IMG/VR virus record: IMGVR_UViG_3300035208_007155
Location: 33,284 to 97,283 of that record
Strand: one strand, 5' to 3'
Source of the DNA: a virus
Taxonomy: Duplodnaviria; Caudoviricetes
DNA: 64,000 nt
Of the stretch, positions 27,963 through 38,657 are shown piece after piece (within the stretch, counting starts at the first letter, position 1; the number at the start of each line of letters is the position of its first letter). Both the position numbers and the translations under genes were made by a program. The notes under the pieces are model-generated. The model ran no database searches. It was not told the origin of the DNA and saw nothing but the letters and a program-made list of their open reading frames with translations.

Positions 27963-29051
27963 TTATAGTACCATCAATTGATCTGTTAAAAATACTCTTT
28001 TATACGATTGGTCTGCAAATACACAAATTAGTGTGGGAATATAATTCCCTGGCAAGGCATATATGTGTTCCGCCACATGTACGTTAGGATCATCAATTGT
28101 TGTGCTATTTCCATCGCCAAAATCCCAAAATCTCTGCGAAATAGTTCCAGTTGTTTGATCTATAAAAACAAAAGTGGCGGGCACACCCCCGTGTGCAATA
28201 GCTGTTTTTTGGGAATAAGCAGGCAAAGAAGGGTTTTTTTGTTGTGTGTAAAAAAAAGACTCAATATATTGGTCATCCACCGTTATGTAGTTATTTTTCG
28301 TTACAATACCCTGCCCTCCACTTGATGTAATGATATTTAAAGTTATTGTGTAAGTTCCCTCGGCATTGTAGACATGTGTTATATTTTCCTCTACAGAAGT
28401 AGTTCCATCTCCAAAATCCCATAAATAACGAAGAACATTACTGTTAGAAAGATTTTGAAACCTTACTGTCAATGGAGACTTGCCCTGTCTTGGATAAGCT
28501 CTAAATAATGGACTGGGAGCTAAGAACTTAGATTCCATTGCTTCCAGTCTGCCATTCAAAGAAGTCTCAGATGGATTTTCTTTGGTGCCTACAAAAGTTT
28601 CTATATTAATCATTGCATCTTTTATGGCATTGTGTTGCTCTGCAAAAACAGCACAACTAACAGCCGTGTCCTTTGACCACTGACTTTGGCGAGTGCCACA
28701 AAATCCTCTTTGTAAAGATTTAAACACATTTGCTGTGCGTTCTCCATAGTAAACCATTTCGGCAACACCGGGGACTCCAGGCACACCAGAGGTATTTAGC
28801 AAATCAGGAGTTTCCTCAAAAGCTGGCACCTTTGCATTGGCTGGACCTATTCTTAATAACCCCTTGGCCGGAAAAGATGTGGCATCTTCCACCACAATAT
28901 AAGTGCTATTTAATGGAAGCGTTAGTTTTAAAGTGGTTGCTGCGTTATTTTTAACCTCATAAAGCGTATCTTTAGTATCAACTGTTTCTGGAAAAACAGA
29001 CAAATCCCCCGCTTGATAAGAATCGTCTAATGATGATATTCTGCTACTCAC
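27963..29051 (-). CDS. PKD-domain virion protein
   Basis: Two WDFGDG...HxY PKD domains. Confidence 0.78.
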   Translation of the reverse strand: MSSRISSLDDSYQAGDLSVFPETVDTKDTLYEVKNNAATTLKLTLPLNSTYIVVEDATSFPAKGLLRIGPANAKVPAFEETPDLLNTSGVPGVPGVAEMVYYGERTANVFKSLQRGFCGTRQSQWSKDTAVSCAVFAEQHNAIKDAMINIETFVGTKENPSETSLNGRLEAMESKFLAPSPLFRAYPRQGKSPLTVRFQNLSNSNVLRYLWDFGDGTTSVEENITHVYNAEGTYTITLNIITSSGGQGIVTKNNYITVDDQYIESFFYTQQKNPSLPAYSQKTAIAHGGVPATFVFIDQTTGTISQRFWDFGDGNSTTIDDPNVHVAEHIYALPGNYIPTLICVFADQSYKRVFLTDQLMVL

Positions 29052-29691
29052 TTTTAATTTCCATTTGTTTCTTTTTTGTATTTAGTGCCTGTAAAAATTG
29101 TTGCTTTACGGGCATGTCATCCATTAAACTCATGGTTGTACGAGCCAAATCTACGTCGGCTGGTTGTCCTGTTAAAGCCCTCATTTGAAACTCTTGAGTA
29201 ATCTTTTCGTTCCAAAATTCCTTTTGCGAAGCTAAATCATCATATGGTTTCAATTTTCCGTTTTTCTCCAAAGAAACAAATGCCTCGTAAAAGAATGCCG
29301 CCTCCTCTTGGGTTTCCATTAATTTTTTTTCTAAAGTTGCAATCTGGGCATGACCGGCTTTGCGTGTTCGCTCTAATTTGCGAAGCCTAATTTCTTTCTC
29401 CCTCTTATTTAGTTCTTCCATCCCATTTTCTTGTGGAAAGTCGGGTATTTGCAATCTCTCCATCTCAATATCTAATAACTCTAAATTGTCTTTGCACTCC
29501 TCTATTTCCATCAACATTGCATCTACTGCATCTCGTCGCACATATAATTCCCGCATACATCGCCATAATTTCGATTGATGCGTGGGTTCTTTATTAATAA
29601 TGAAATACTTCATTTGAAAGAAACTGTGTCGATTTACCACGTCTCTCGTATCTAAAAGTTCGCATATTTCTTTATAAACATCTCTTGACAT
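29044..29691 (-). CDS. Coiled-coil hypothetical protein
   Basis: 215 aa, charged helical, coupled to the PKD gene. Confidence 0.7.
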   Translation of the reverse strand: MSRDVYKEICELLDTRDVVNRHSFFQMKYFIINKEPTHQSKLWRCMRELYVRRDAVDAMLMEIEECKDNLELLDIEMERLQIPDFPQENGMEELNKREKEIRLRKLERTRKAGHAQIATLEKKLMETQEEAAFFYEAFVSLEKNGKLKPYDDLASQKEFWNEKITQEFQMRALTGQPADVDLARTTMSLMDDMPVKQQFLQALNTKKKQMEIKSE

Positions 29692-29749
29692 TGATCTATC
29701 CTTTTGTTAAATTTAATAGAGTAATGGGGTGAAATATAGAGGAATTAAA

Positions 29750-30262
29750 ATGGGATATCTTGCTGGTAAAAAACTTTATCTTAGTGGGGCTATCGAGCAT
29801 GCTGATCCTAAGGATAATTGGCGAATAGAGCCAATGCATGTGTTTAAAGAATGGTTCAACATTGATGTGTTTGATCCATACTCCGATCCAAAACAACAGT
29901 GGTTCTTACCCCTTGTTGAAGCTAAAAAACAGCGTGATTTCGACAAAATGGCAGACATAGCCAAACGTTTCGTCCGAAAAGACCTGCAACAGGTTCAAAA
30001 ATCCAATATTGTCGTCGCCTATCTTCCCAAGGATGTTCGCACCACAGGCACACATCACGAAATCATAGAAGCCAATGACTTAAAAATACCAACCTTGTTG
30101 GTGTCTGAACGCAAGGAAGAGGTTCCATTGTGGTATTATGGATTCATTGACCACAAATACATGTTTGATGGCTGGGTCAGTTTATATGATTATCTGAGGG
30201 AAGTCGATGCAGGAGACCACAAGGATGATTTTCTTTGGGCTTTTGTTTATGGACTAATTTAA
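29750..30262 (+). CDS. Nucleoside 2-deoxyribosyltransferase/DNPH1-like hydrolase
   Basis: LYLSGAI, FDP, DLQQVQKSNIVVAYL, GTHHEI; likely start MGYLAG. Confidence 0.72.
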   Translation: MGYLAGKKLYLSGAIEHADPKDNWRIEPMHVFKEWFNIDVFDPYSDPKQQWFLPLVEAKKQRDFDKMADIAKRFVRKDLQQVQKSNIVVAYLPKDVRTTGTHHEIIEANDLKIPTLLVSERKEEVPLWYYGFIDHKYMFDGWVSLYDYLREVDAGDHKDDFLWAFVYGLI

Positions 30263-30555
30263 TGAGAAACATATATTTAATATTTCCGAAAGACAGGGTT
30301 GGCGACGAACCAGCTATGGCTGGTGTTGTGGTGGCTGATTACGATAAAGCCATACAAGAGGAAGGTCCAGATTTTTTGGACGAACCCTTGATTTTTACTG
30401 ACTTCCTATCAGTAATACTAACGCTTCAAGAAGCTGAAATTGTTCAAGTATATGTTACTTGTCCTCGTTTCCAGCCAGAGGATGGCGTAAAAGAGAAGGC
30501 AGAAGCTGTTTTGCGAAAACTTGGATTTGATGTTTTAGAGCATTTGAGTCCCTAA
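30262..30555 (+). CDS. Hypothetical protein
   Basis: TAATG coupling; starts MRNIYLIF. Confidence 0.6.
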   Translation: MRNIYLIFPKDRVGDEPAMAGVVVADYDKAIQEEGPDFLDEPLIFTDFLSVILTLQEAEIVQVYVTCPRFQPEDGVKEKAEAVLRKLGFDVLEHLSP

Positions 30556-31101
30556 AATTGCTTTAAATCTTGTTCCTTGTTCTATCGCATGAGCCGCCCA
30601 CCAAAGTTTCGACTCAACCAAAGACTCACCATCAGAAAAATCTCCAACTGCCTTAAATGTTTTTTGGTGAATAAAAGTCCCATTCAGACTGGCATCTGGA
30701 AACTTGTTTTTAATGTTGCAGGGCTCGCCTTTTCGATTATGATCCATCACAATTGGAAAAAGCACATCTGTTTCTTGATCTATGAACAAAGAGTATTTTT
30801 GCACAACACTAGACCTAACATTCACTCCCTCCATTACTAATAAATTCCATTCCTTGTGTCCTCTGCGAATGGCAGCATTCATTAAAGATGTTATTGTGTC
30901 TTTACCCTTGTAAACAGAACAAATATTACTTATTTCTTTTACAGAAGCCGGGCAGGCATTTCTAGGAACAACACAAATAAAAGGCACTTCTGGGTGATTA
31001 TTCCTGATAGATCGCACGGTACACATAATGGCACCGATGTTTTGTTCTGGGCATAGTATCCCTATGCCGAAATTTAATTTTTTATATTGATGTAAAATCA
31101 T
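30535..31101 (-). CDS. Degenerate GT-A-like hypothetical protein
   Basis: GIGILCP...TVRSI...FICVV...MNAAI pattern, but no DxD. Confidence 0.45.
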   Translation of the reverse strand: MILHQYKKLNFGIGILCPEQNIGAIMCTVRSIRNNHPEVPFICVVPRNACPASVKEISNICSVYKGKDTITSLMNAAIRRGHKEWNLLVMEGVNVRSSVVQKYSLFIDQETDVLFPIVMDHNRKGEPCNIKNKFPDASLNGTFIHQKTFKAVGDFSDGESLVESKLWWAAHAIEQGTRFKAILGTQML

Positions 31102-31865
31102 TAGGTATAAAGTGTATCAAAGTCAATTCTGACAATATCACTTGGGTCAAGGGTTCGATTAAAAATGAATGTGCCAGTAATTTCATCGGGTATGAAACTG
31201 GTTGCTGTCCAAGTAGTTGCCAGCGAATCTGGCACAAGCACAACTATATCAGAGTATACTCTCACACCATTTATATAAACCCTCAAAGTATCTGCTATAA
31301 AAACTGTGGATAATGAGGTTGTTTTATAACTTGCATAATCTGTAGTGACAGGCTCTAAACCATAATAATGTTTGTGAACAGCCGTTGTTGGAAACGCCAT
31401 GTGGGCTTTAATAGAACTTGGAGCATTTACTTCCCATGTGATGGTATCACTAGATTCTACTTCCACAACAGCGTCCACGAATGATGTGGTAACTGATGGA
31501 GTATGCACATTAATTGAGAAAGCAGTAGCCGTATCCGATATAAGGGCAAGCTTATCACTCTCAGCCAATGTCATTTTTACATAAACACCAAGCGGATCAT
31601 CAGCATGATCGGCTATATTATGCAATGCTGTGTCTATAGCATCGGCTTTCAAGGTGCCATCGTCATTTATCGCCACTCTAAGTCGATTGCTCAGAGTGCC
31701 AGACGTGCCAATGGATTCTCTCATTAAAGCGGAATTGATATCAACAGCATCGTTAATAATCTCTTCTCTGGTATAGATGGTGTGCAAGGGGAGATTATCA
31801 TAATCTATTTGATATGGCATCATCGCCTGATACAATGTTTCGGGTATAAGATTTAAGTTTGGCAT
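31101..31865 (-). CDS. Putative tail/virion structural protein
   Basis: LRVYINGV motif; CATAAATA upstream. Confidence 0.6.
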   Translation of the reverse strand: MPNLNLIPETLYQAMMPYQIDYDNLPLHTIYTREEIINDAVDINSALMRESIGTSGTLSNRLRVAINDDGTLKADAIDTALHNIADHADDPLGVYVKMTLAESDKLALISDTATAFSINVHTPSVTTSFVDAVVEVESSDTITWEVNAPSSIKAHMAFPTTAVHKHYYGLEPVTTDYASYKTTSLSTVFIADTLRVYINGVRVYSDIVVLVPDSLATTWTATSFIPDEITGTFIFNRTLDPSDIVRIDFDTLYT

Positions 31866-31892
31866 ATCTTATTTATGGTCTGAACAATAGAA

Positions 31893-32774
31893 TTAAACAA
31901 CTGCTCTTCCAATCATTTTCTCCCAATCCTTTTCTGGCCTTATTTCCAGATTTTTATCCCAAACAGCCTGCATGACTTTAGGATCAATTTTTAACTCTCT
32001 GGCTAAATACATCAAACCATTTAAATCTTTGGGAAAACAACTTCCTGAAAATCCACATAATCCAGTTCCATCATTGCCAGGAACACCCCAATGAGATGTG
32101 CCCAATCGACTGTCTTTTGTGGCAATTTCTATTACTCGATCATAATCAATGTCTAATTTATCACATATTTGCTTTACTTCATTAGCAAAAGAGACTTTAG
32201 TAGCCAAGAAACAGTTAGTGATATATTTTACCATTTCCGCCGTTACAGCATTTGTACGGGTAATTGATACGTTGGGAAAAGCAATTTGATACACTTGCTT
32301 TACTTCGTCTGTGGCTTCATAGGGACCGCCAATCACAATTCTTTCCTGGTTTTTAAAATCCTCAATAGCACTTCGCTCTCGTAAAAATTCAGGATTAAAA
32401 CACACATAAACTGATGTGTAGGATGTGTTGAGATAATCGGTAGTTCCTGGCGGTATGGTTGATTTAATTGCTACTACACGATTGGGAGCACACTCATTGA
32501 TGTCCTTCACAACGCCCTCTACAATACTAATATCACAACTACCATCGGGCTTCATGGGGGTGGGCAAACAAACAAAAATTGGACCATCTGTTGTTTCAAC
32601 TAATTTATTTAGCCTATCAATAGCCGGTATGGTTTCTGTGCCAGTGGCTGAATATACCACCAAATCATCTGGCTGCTTGATGTCATAAGTTACGACTTGA
32701 AAAGAATTACGCAAACCTTCTCTAACAGCAGTGCCAACAAAGCCCTGGCCAACCACACCGCATTTTGTAATCAT
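31893..32774 (-). CDS. ugd: UDP-glucose/GDP-mannose dehydrogenase family (short form lacking the C-terminal domain)
   Basis: GQGFVG, CLPTP, IKSTIPPGT, NPEFLRE, AEMVKY, GFSGSCFPKD. Confidence 0.9.
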   Translation of the reverse strand: MITKCGVVGQGFVGTAVREGLRNSFQVVTYDIKQPDDLVVYSATGTETIPAIDRLNKLVETTDGPIFVCLPTPMKPDGSCDISIVEGVVKDINECAPNRVVAIKSTIPPGTTDYLNTSYTSVYVCFNPEFLRERSAIEDFKNQERIVIGGPYEATDEVKQVYQIAFPNVSITRTNAVTAEMVKYITNCFLATKVSFANEVKQICDKLDIDYDRVIEIATKDSRLGTSHWGVPGNDGTGLCGFSGSCFPKDLNGLMYLARELKIDPKVMQAVWDKNLEIRPEKDWEKMIGRAVV

Positions 32775-32865
32775 ATTAGTTATCCTTTAAAAATTTTCTG
32801 TATTCTGCATCTGATTTAAATAAGTTACATTTATACAAAATTCTGGTTGCAATAAATTTTGCATA

Positions 32866-33336
32866 CTAAACAAAGGATATACGCCAATTGAAAACAATCT
32901 GAATATTTGATGTTTTGCCCAAATCTGCAAAAGTAACCATCGAATATAGGTCGCCGCTATTCATGCGAAGGGCCATTTCATTTAAGTTATGCCCGTTGGC
33001 GTCATCAAAAGCTACCACTGATGTGAATGTGACCATTGAGGGTATGTTTGCGTCAATGCTAGAAATCACACCCTTAGATAAAATTGTCAACCCAAATAAA
33101 CCATTGCGTTCAGTGTTTACGTATTTTGGGGTTCCGCCTGATGTTCCATTCTCCCCAAAAATCATCTGAGAAATGTAATAATCGTATTGATCCCCATATC
33201 TATTTGCCAAACTATTGGCCAGAGCATATCGACCAGTCCTAAGAATGGTATTGTGGTGATAATATTTTTCAATATCTCCATTCCTGTATTGCTTAATAAT
33301 TTCTACTTCGCCTTTTGATTTAATATTTTCAATCAT
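32866..33336 (-). CDS. Baseplate/tail-fibre attachment protein
   Basis: NTILRTGR...ISQMIFG...NEMAL pattern; follows the wedge gene. Confidence 0.6.
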   Translation of the reverse strand: MIENIKSKGEVEIIKQYRNGDIEKYYHHNTILRTGRYALANSLANRYGDQYDYYISQMIFGENGTSGGTPKYVNTERNGLFGLTILSKGVISSIDANIPSMVTFTSVVAFDDANGHNLNEMALRMNSGDLYSMVTFADLGKTSNIQIVFNWRISFV

Positions 33337-36300
33337 TATTTATCCTTATATTCAATAGAGAAACTTATCGATTCATTTTGTCCAATTGGCTCAGAAATTT
33401 CATTCCCTGGCATAGCTGCTAATAATGGAAGAAATGGAGTGGCCGTTTCCGCCGTAATGCCAATTGCATCATTTCCACCATGATCCACACCCCCTGGCGG
33501 GATGGCCACAACAGGCGGCACCAGCACTCCACCAGACCAATATGGCAACGGCAATGGTGGTGTATTACCTGATGGGAATGTTTGAGCATCCATTGGAGGA
33601 TAATCTCTTTCAGGAATGGTGAAAGACTCTTTTGTGTATTGGTATATATTGATGTTCACTGCTGTTCCAAATTTAGTAATTCCATCCCATGTCCCCCAAT
33701 CCTTGTGAACACCACTTAAAGTAATAGTGTTTCCGTCAATCTGTGCAATCGCATAATAATCATTATCTGGTGGATTTTGAATCACAACCAAAAAGCTTTC
33801 TTTCCACAAATCACTGTCCAGAATTAAATCGGGATCGACAGGAGCATTTGCCCCATTGAGGATACCAAAACCAGGAGGAGTGGCAGATTCATAATTTGCG
33901 GTAGTTCGCAACATCATGTCCTTATATTGCAAATAGCCCATTTGGTTGTCTAATAATCGTTGATATACATGAATTGTTGCTGTAGTTACATCTCCCGATG
34001 TATATCCACCAATATAAAGCCTATCAACATCATTGGGGACAAAATCTACAATTTCATATTGAGTGCCACCATACAAAACATATTGACCTCTGCTAAACAA
34101 ATGACGCACATCATCTAATGAGCCTTCGCTGCTAAAGTCTACAATTCCTCGACTTGTTTTTGTCCATCTCCCAGCCGTTCCTGTGGCGATAGTGGTTAAA
34201 CCGCTATAAATTGTATAAGTAATTCCTGTAGTGTTTATTGTGGGAAGAGTGCTCAAAGGATATGCATAATCATTAATCAGTAATTCACCATCAGATGTGA
34301 TGGCAATAATGTTGTATGTACTCGGGGAATAGGCAGGTATATCAATCGTCCAAGAGCCATCATATACAGTTGCTGGGTTAGTGGCGTTCCACAAATCTCT
34401 AAAATCGGTGCCCGCATCATCAAATGTGAACTCCTGCACAATATCAATGCTGGTGTTGGTATACTTGTCCAGTGATAGTCTAAAATTAAAAGAGGAGGTG
34501 GTAAATGGCTCTGCCATGCCATTTATTACTGCCTGATTACTGTGGCTGCCATTACATGTATAGGTGCCAGCACTAATGCTGGGAATCATAATTTCTAAGA
34601 TGTTTTTTGTGGAATCCCCCTCATTCATTCCCCAAAATTCTGCATCGGGTGAAAACACAACAATAGAATCGTTGTACCCTGTAGCTGCTATCCAAGGACC
34701 AGCGACTAAAGCACCTGTTGCCAAAGAATCACGTCTAAAACTGGCTGGGCTTTCTAAAACTCTGTTGAAAAACATTTGGCCATTGCCAGAAATGGTTAAA
34801 TCTGTCCCTGAAAAATGCACAAGCATTTCTACAAGTTCTGTTGGTGGTGATAAAAACTCATTTATCAATCCTTCAAAATTCATTTGATGCAAAACAGCGT
34901 GAAATGGTGTGTATTCATCAAGAATTTCCAAAGCCTCTCTAATGCGGTCATCACAAAGCTGCTCAATTCTCAGATCAACAATATATTTGCTGCCCTGTCC
35001 ACCGCTACAAGGGTCTATAAAATCTCTATCAATGTCGCAAGGACTTCTTGATTCTCTGGTAGACCCATTGTATTCTTCCATATTGTAGATGTTTTCACTG
35101 TATGGAAATTCCGTTCTCACCAAGCCAAATATCAGAGGATCATAATAAGGATGTCTGGTTGGAATTACACAATCAAACAACAAATCATCCTCTTCAATCA
35201 ATCTCACATTCCAATTTTTTAATGGATAATCTTGACTTCTTTCATCCCTTTGATCTGCTAATGACAGACCACGAATGTATGTCTCTATGTCCTGTTCCGA
35301 AAGGCCATCACAGGTTTGGGCCGGAATATTTTTTGTTTGATATACAACTCTAATAGAATCCCCTGCTTGAAGTGTTATTGGATAGAAAGATAATAAATTT
35401 CCAACCCAAGTAAGAGTTGATGTTGAGGATGCATTGGTTATTTGTACATAATCTATTGTGAGAGTTGTCCAATTATCATCATTTGCTCCTCTGTAATAAA
35501 GCTCAAAATTAGCTAAATCTATGGGCAGGATAGCTGTTTTGGACAAAGTGAATGTATCTTGTCCATCATATGTTACATTAAAAAGCTCTTGCCAAGTATA
35601 CGGAGAAACAACCTGCCACAACTTAGTAAATTTTTTAAGTTCAATACCAGCCTGAGCCAAAGCTTCTGATAAGCCTTTGTATGTGCCCTTTTTCTTAAAT
35701 ACCGGCACAGCCCTTTTAATTTGTCGTCGCCATAATGTAGAATCACCTGATCGAAGTTTTAAACTAAACAAATTTGCCAAATAAGCCAAATAAGCCTCAT
35801 TGATTGCATTGGCGTCAAATAAATCAACACTCTGATTAGTTAAATCTTCTAATAAAGTAAATCCCTTCGCAACAGAGTTGTTGAGTTCTTGAAGAATTTC
35901 TGGCGATAAATCATTATTCGACCAATGGGTTGCAAACAATGATGGCAAATATCTGTTCAACAATGTTTCATATTTGTTTTCTTTTGTAAAATGAGTGGGA
36001 ATACTCGTAGTAGATCGAGTATCACCGGATAGGCTGAAATATTGGTAATCGGATAATGCCTCCGCACCTATAGCAGGTGTCCAACTCCAACAAATTACAT
36101 AATCTCCTTCTCGCTGCCCTATGTTGGGAGACCACTCCAGTTCCCAGTGTCCATATTGGAGGTCTTCATTTTCGTCTTCATCAATGTTTTTGAAATGCCA
36201 TTGTAAAGCTGTTGAAGCATCCTCAGCAGGATTGCCAGTATCTTGCCAAACTAATGAAGTGTCTGTGCCAAATACAGCCACAACTACAGCCTCTTTGTAA

Positions 36301-36611
36301 TAATAACTATTGGTTTGAGTGCTGGCTTCTAATTGATTGTATAAACGATCAACTTTTGCCAAATTTGCTGGAGTGGGTGATGCACACCAAATTGCTTTGG
36401 CTGTCTCATAAGCCTTTAGCAAATCTGCATCACTATCATAATTATCAAATTGCTGAGTGTTATAACCAAAGTCTCTTGTGACATAATAAATGGTAATTTT
36501 GTTGACACTAACGGGATTGTTTAAATAACATCCACTAACATCCGGTGTGAGGATATCAAAAATGATGGTATCAGAAATGGTCGGAGACTCATTTATTCTT
36601 TTTAATGTCAC
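33336..36611 (-). CDS. Baseplate wedge protein (P2 gpI/T4 gp7-like domain)
   Basis: YLAYLANLF...RRQIKRAV...KKGT, later PFH motif; gene order. Confidence 0.75.
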   Translation of the reverse strand: MTLKRINESPTISDTIIFDILTPDVSGCYLNNPVSVNKITIYYVTRDFGYNTQQFDNYDSDADLLKAYETAKAIWCASPTPANLAKVDRLYNQLEASTQTNSYYYKEAVVVAVFGTDTSLVWQDTGNPAEDASTALQWHFKNIDEDENEDLQYGHWELEWSPNIGQREGDYVICWSWTPAIGAEALSDYQYFSLSGDTRSTTSIPTHFTKENKYETLLNRYLPSLFATHWSNNDLSPEILQELNNSVAKGFTLLEDLTNQSVDLFDANAINEAYLAYLANLFSLKLRSGDSTLWRRQIKRAVPVFKKKGTYKGLSEALAQAGIELKKFTKLWQVVSPYTWQELFNVTYDGQDTFTLSKTAILPIDLANFELYYRGANDDNWTTLTIDYVQITNASSTSTLTWVGNLLSFYPITLQAGDSIRVVYQTKNIPAQTCDGLSEQDIETYIRGLSLADQRDERSQDYPLKNWNVRLIEEDDLLFDCVIPTRHPYYDPLIFGLVRTEFPYSENIYNMEEYNGSTRESRSPCDIDRDFIDPCSGGQGSKYIVDLRIEQLCDDRIREALEILDEYTPFHAVLHQMNFEGLINEFLSPPTELVEMLVHFSGTDLTISGNGQMFFNRVLESPASFRRDSLATGALVAGPWIAATGYNDSIVVFSPDAEFWGMNEGDSTKNILEIMIPSISAGTYTCNGSHSNQAVINGMAEPFTTSSFNFRLSLDKYTNTSIDIVQEFTFDDAGTDFRDLWNATNPATVYDGSWTIDIPAYSPSTYNIIAITSDGELLINDYAYPLSTLPTINTTGITYTIYSGLTTIATGTAGRWTKTSRGIVDFSSEGSLDDVRHLFSRGQYVLYGGTQYEIVDFVPNDVDRLYIGGYTSGDVTTATIHVYQRLLDNQMGYLQYKDMMLRTTANYESATPPGFGILNGANAPVDPDLILDSDLWKESFLVVIQNPPDNDYYAIAQIDGNTITLSGVHKDWGTWDGITKFGTAVNINIYQYTKESFTIPERDYPPMDAQTFPSGNTPPLPLPYWSGGVLVPPVVAIPPGGVDHGGNDAIGITAETATPFLPLLAAMPGNEISEPIGQNESISFSIEYKDK

Positions 36612-36619
36612 AATTGCTC

Positions 36620-38212
36620 CTACGAGTATATAAATCTAATACTAATGTCATCTGGTCTAATAATTTGATAATACAATGCAGATACAATCTCCCCAGAATT
36701 GCTGGGATCATCTGTGGTGAATGATATTGTAAAAGTATTTGCTTCATTGATTATTGCCAATTGCTTTATCAAATCCACAGATCGCAAGGTTTGTCCATAA
36801 TCCCAGTTGGATAATGAAAAAAACAAGCCAGTTTGCTCTAAGATTCTGTTTTTTATTTCTTCCTGAAACTTTCTATAAAACTTATCTAGAGTTATTTCTA
36901 TGGCAACATCTGTCCTTAAAACAATTCCATCTTTTATGCAGATAAAATCTGTAAGCATTTTTTTATCATTTAATTCTGTGATTAAATCCATTTTTAAATT
37001 GTTTGATGCTGTCTCTAAGTCAGTTGTAATACCATTCGTGGTATTCAGACTTCCTAAAGCTAAGGCATATATGTCTATAATGTTGCCCGCACAACCGTAG
37101 TTTCTCAGAGTAACATTTGCTTTGCTGATTTGTCCATGATATGCTGTAGACAATTGTTCAGATAAAATTTTGTAATCTGCTCCCGAAACAGCCCTATCCT
37201 GTGTTTTAACCCACAAAGGAAGTTTTTTGCGAACATCTTCGATGGTGTCGCCATTATAGCCATAACGACCCTGGGTATAATTGTTAAAAATTACTGGTGC
37301 TCTATAGTCGGCACCACTAATATCAGCTTGATATTGGAAAGTTACATATCCACTTACAATATTGCCAACTGTTCCACCCCCAACACGATAAATAACCTGA
37401 ATTCTAGAGTTTTGTGGAGGCAGCAAACCAGCCTTATTATTTCCAAAAATCACATAAGCTACCCATGCAGAATCGAACTCTAATCTGTATTCTCTGCGTG
37501 GTTGGGAATCAGTAAAATAATCAACTTTATCCCACAATACTCCATCTACATAAACCCTGACAGAATCATAAATAACTGGGCTTTGCAACAATGTCAATGT
37601 TTGAGACACCTGCCCAGTTCCGCTAAATAAATCGTTGTATGTTTTTCCCTCTAACCCAATAATGCTTGTATTAATCAATTCACCAGCAGGAATAATAATA
37701 TCTTCATCCAATAGTGGTTCATTATTTTCATCTGCTTGAAATAGTTCAATTGTTGTAGCTGTACCACCTGAAACAATATCTATAGGAACAGGTGTTGGAA
37801 TAAGAATATCTGTGCTGGTAGTAGAGTTAATGGTTGCCGACCACATACTGGATGCTGCAATAGGTGGTTGTGGTTCAAAACCAATCAATTTGCTCATACG
37901 AAAAGCATTTTCAACTTCTGTGACTGTATCGATGAACATTTCGTTGACTATTTGATCTTGCTTAAAAGAAAGCATGTCGCCAACAAAAGCAAAGTTTTCC
38001 ATCAACATGATGGCTATGCTGGATTCTACCAAATCATTAAATGTATTTGGCAAAACTGAGCCACTGGGACCAAAACGCTCTTTAATAAAATCTCTTAATC
38101 TTGTTTTCAAAGACCAAAAATCTTGATTAGTATAATTTAGACTAATCATAGTTGGCGTATTTACAAGACTCGCTTGTGCATGCGGGTTAACATTAATGGG
38201 ACAACTGGACAT
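36620..38212 (-). CDS. Baseplate wedge protein (T4 gp6/gpJ-like)
   Basis: NYTNQDF, FGNNKAG..P, YRVGGG..GN, QDRAVSGADY. Confidence 0.88.
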   Translation of the reverse strand: MSSCPINVNPHAQASLVNTPTMISLNYTNQDFWSLKTRLRDFIKERFGPSGSVLPNTFNDLVESSIAIMLMENFAFVGDMLSFKQDQIVNEMFIDTVTEVENAFRMSKLIGFEPQPPIAASSMWSATINSTTSTDILIPTPVPIDIVSGGTATTIELFQADENNEPLLDEDIIIPAGELINTSIIGLEGKTYNDLFSGTGQVSQTLTLLQSPVIYDSVRVYVDGVLWDKVDYFTDSQPRREYRLEFDSAWVAYVIFGNNKAGLLPPQNSRIQVIYRVGGGTVGNIVSGYVTFQYQADISGADYRAPVIFNNYTQGRYGYNGDTIEDVRKKLPLWVKTQDRAVSGADYKILSEQLSTAYHGQISKANVTLRNYGCAGNIIDIYALALGSLNTTNGITTDLETASNNLKMDLITELNDKKMLTDFICIKDGIVLRTDVAIEITLDKFYRKFQEEIKNRILEQTGLFFSLSNWDYGQTLRSVDLIKQLAIINEANTFTISFTTDDPSNSGEIVSALYYQIIRPDDISIRFIYS

Positions 38213-38646
38213 TAGGCCCCTCCTATCTGCGTTGTGGGCAAATTCAACACCAAACTATCAATCTGGGCTATGTGATCTGGATCATAAAAATCAATTTTTA
38301 TATACAAAATACTTTCTGTCTCCGTCAAATCATCTTCTGAATTTAATTGAGTGTTATCTATCAAACTTACTGTGATATTATCCACAGTAATTCTTGGCTC
38401 CCAAGTAGTTATGGCTTGTGAAATAATCTCTTTCACCTGAGCGGCGACTGTTTGATCGTTTGGCTCAAAGAAGTATTTACGCAGATTGCATCCATAAGTG
38501 GGCAACATTACTCGTTCCCCAGGATTGGTTAATAACAAAATCATTAAATCTGATTTAACAACACTTAATCCCGTAGAAACATGCATGAATCCCAAAGGAT
38601 GTCGTACTAAAGGATATGCCAAACCATATGTTGTATCAATAGCCAT
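38212..38646 (-). CDS. Baseplate gp25/gpW-like sheath initiator
   Basis: LLLTNPGERVMLPTYGCNL...WEPRI. Confidence 0.92.
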   Translation of the reverse strand: MAIDTTYGLAYPLVRHPLGFMHVSTGLSVVKSDLMILLLTNPGERVMLPTYGCNLRKYFFEPNDQTVAAQVKEIISQAITTWEPRITVDNITVSLIDNTQLNSEDDLTETESILYIKIDFYDPDHIAQIDSLVLNLPTTQIGGA

Positions 38647-38657
38647 TTATTTTTTTC

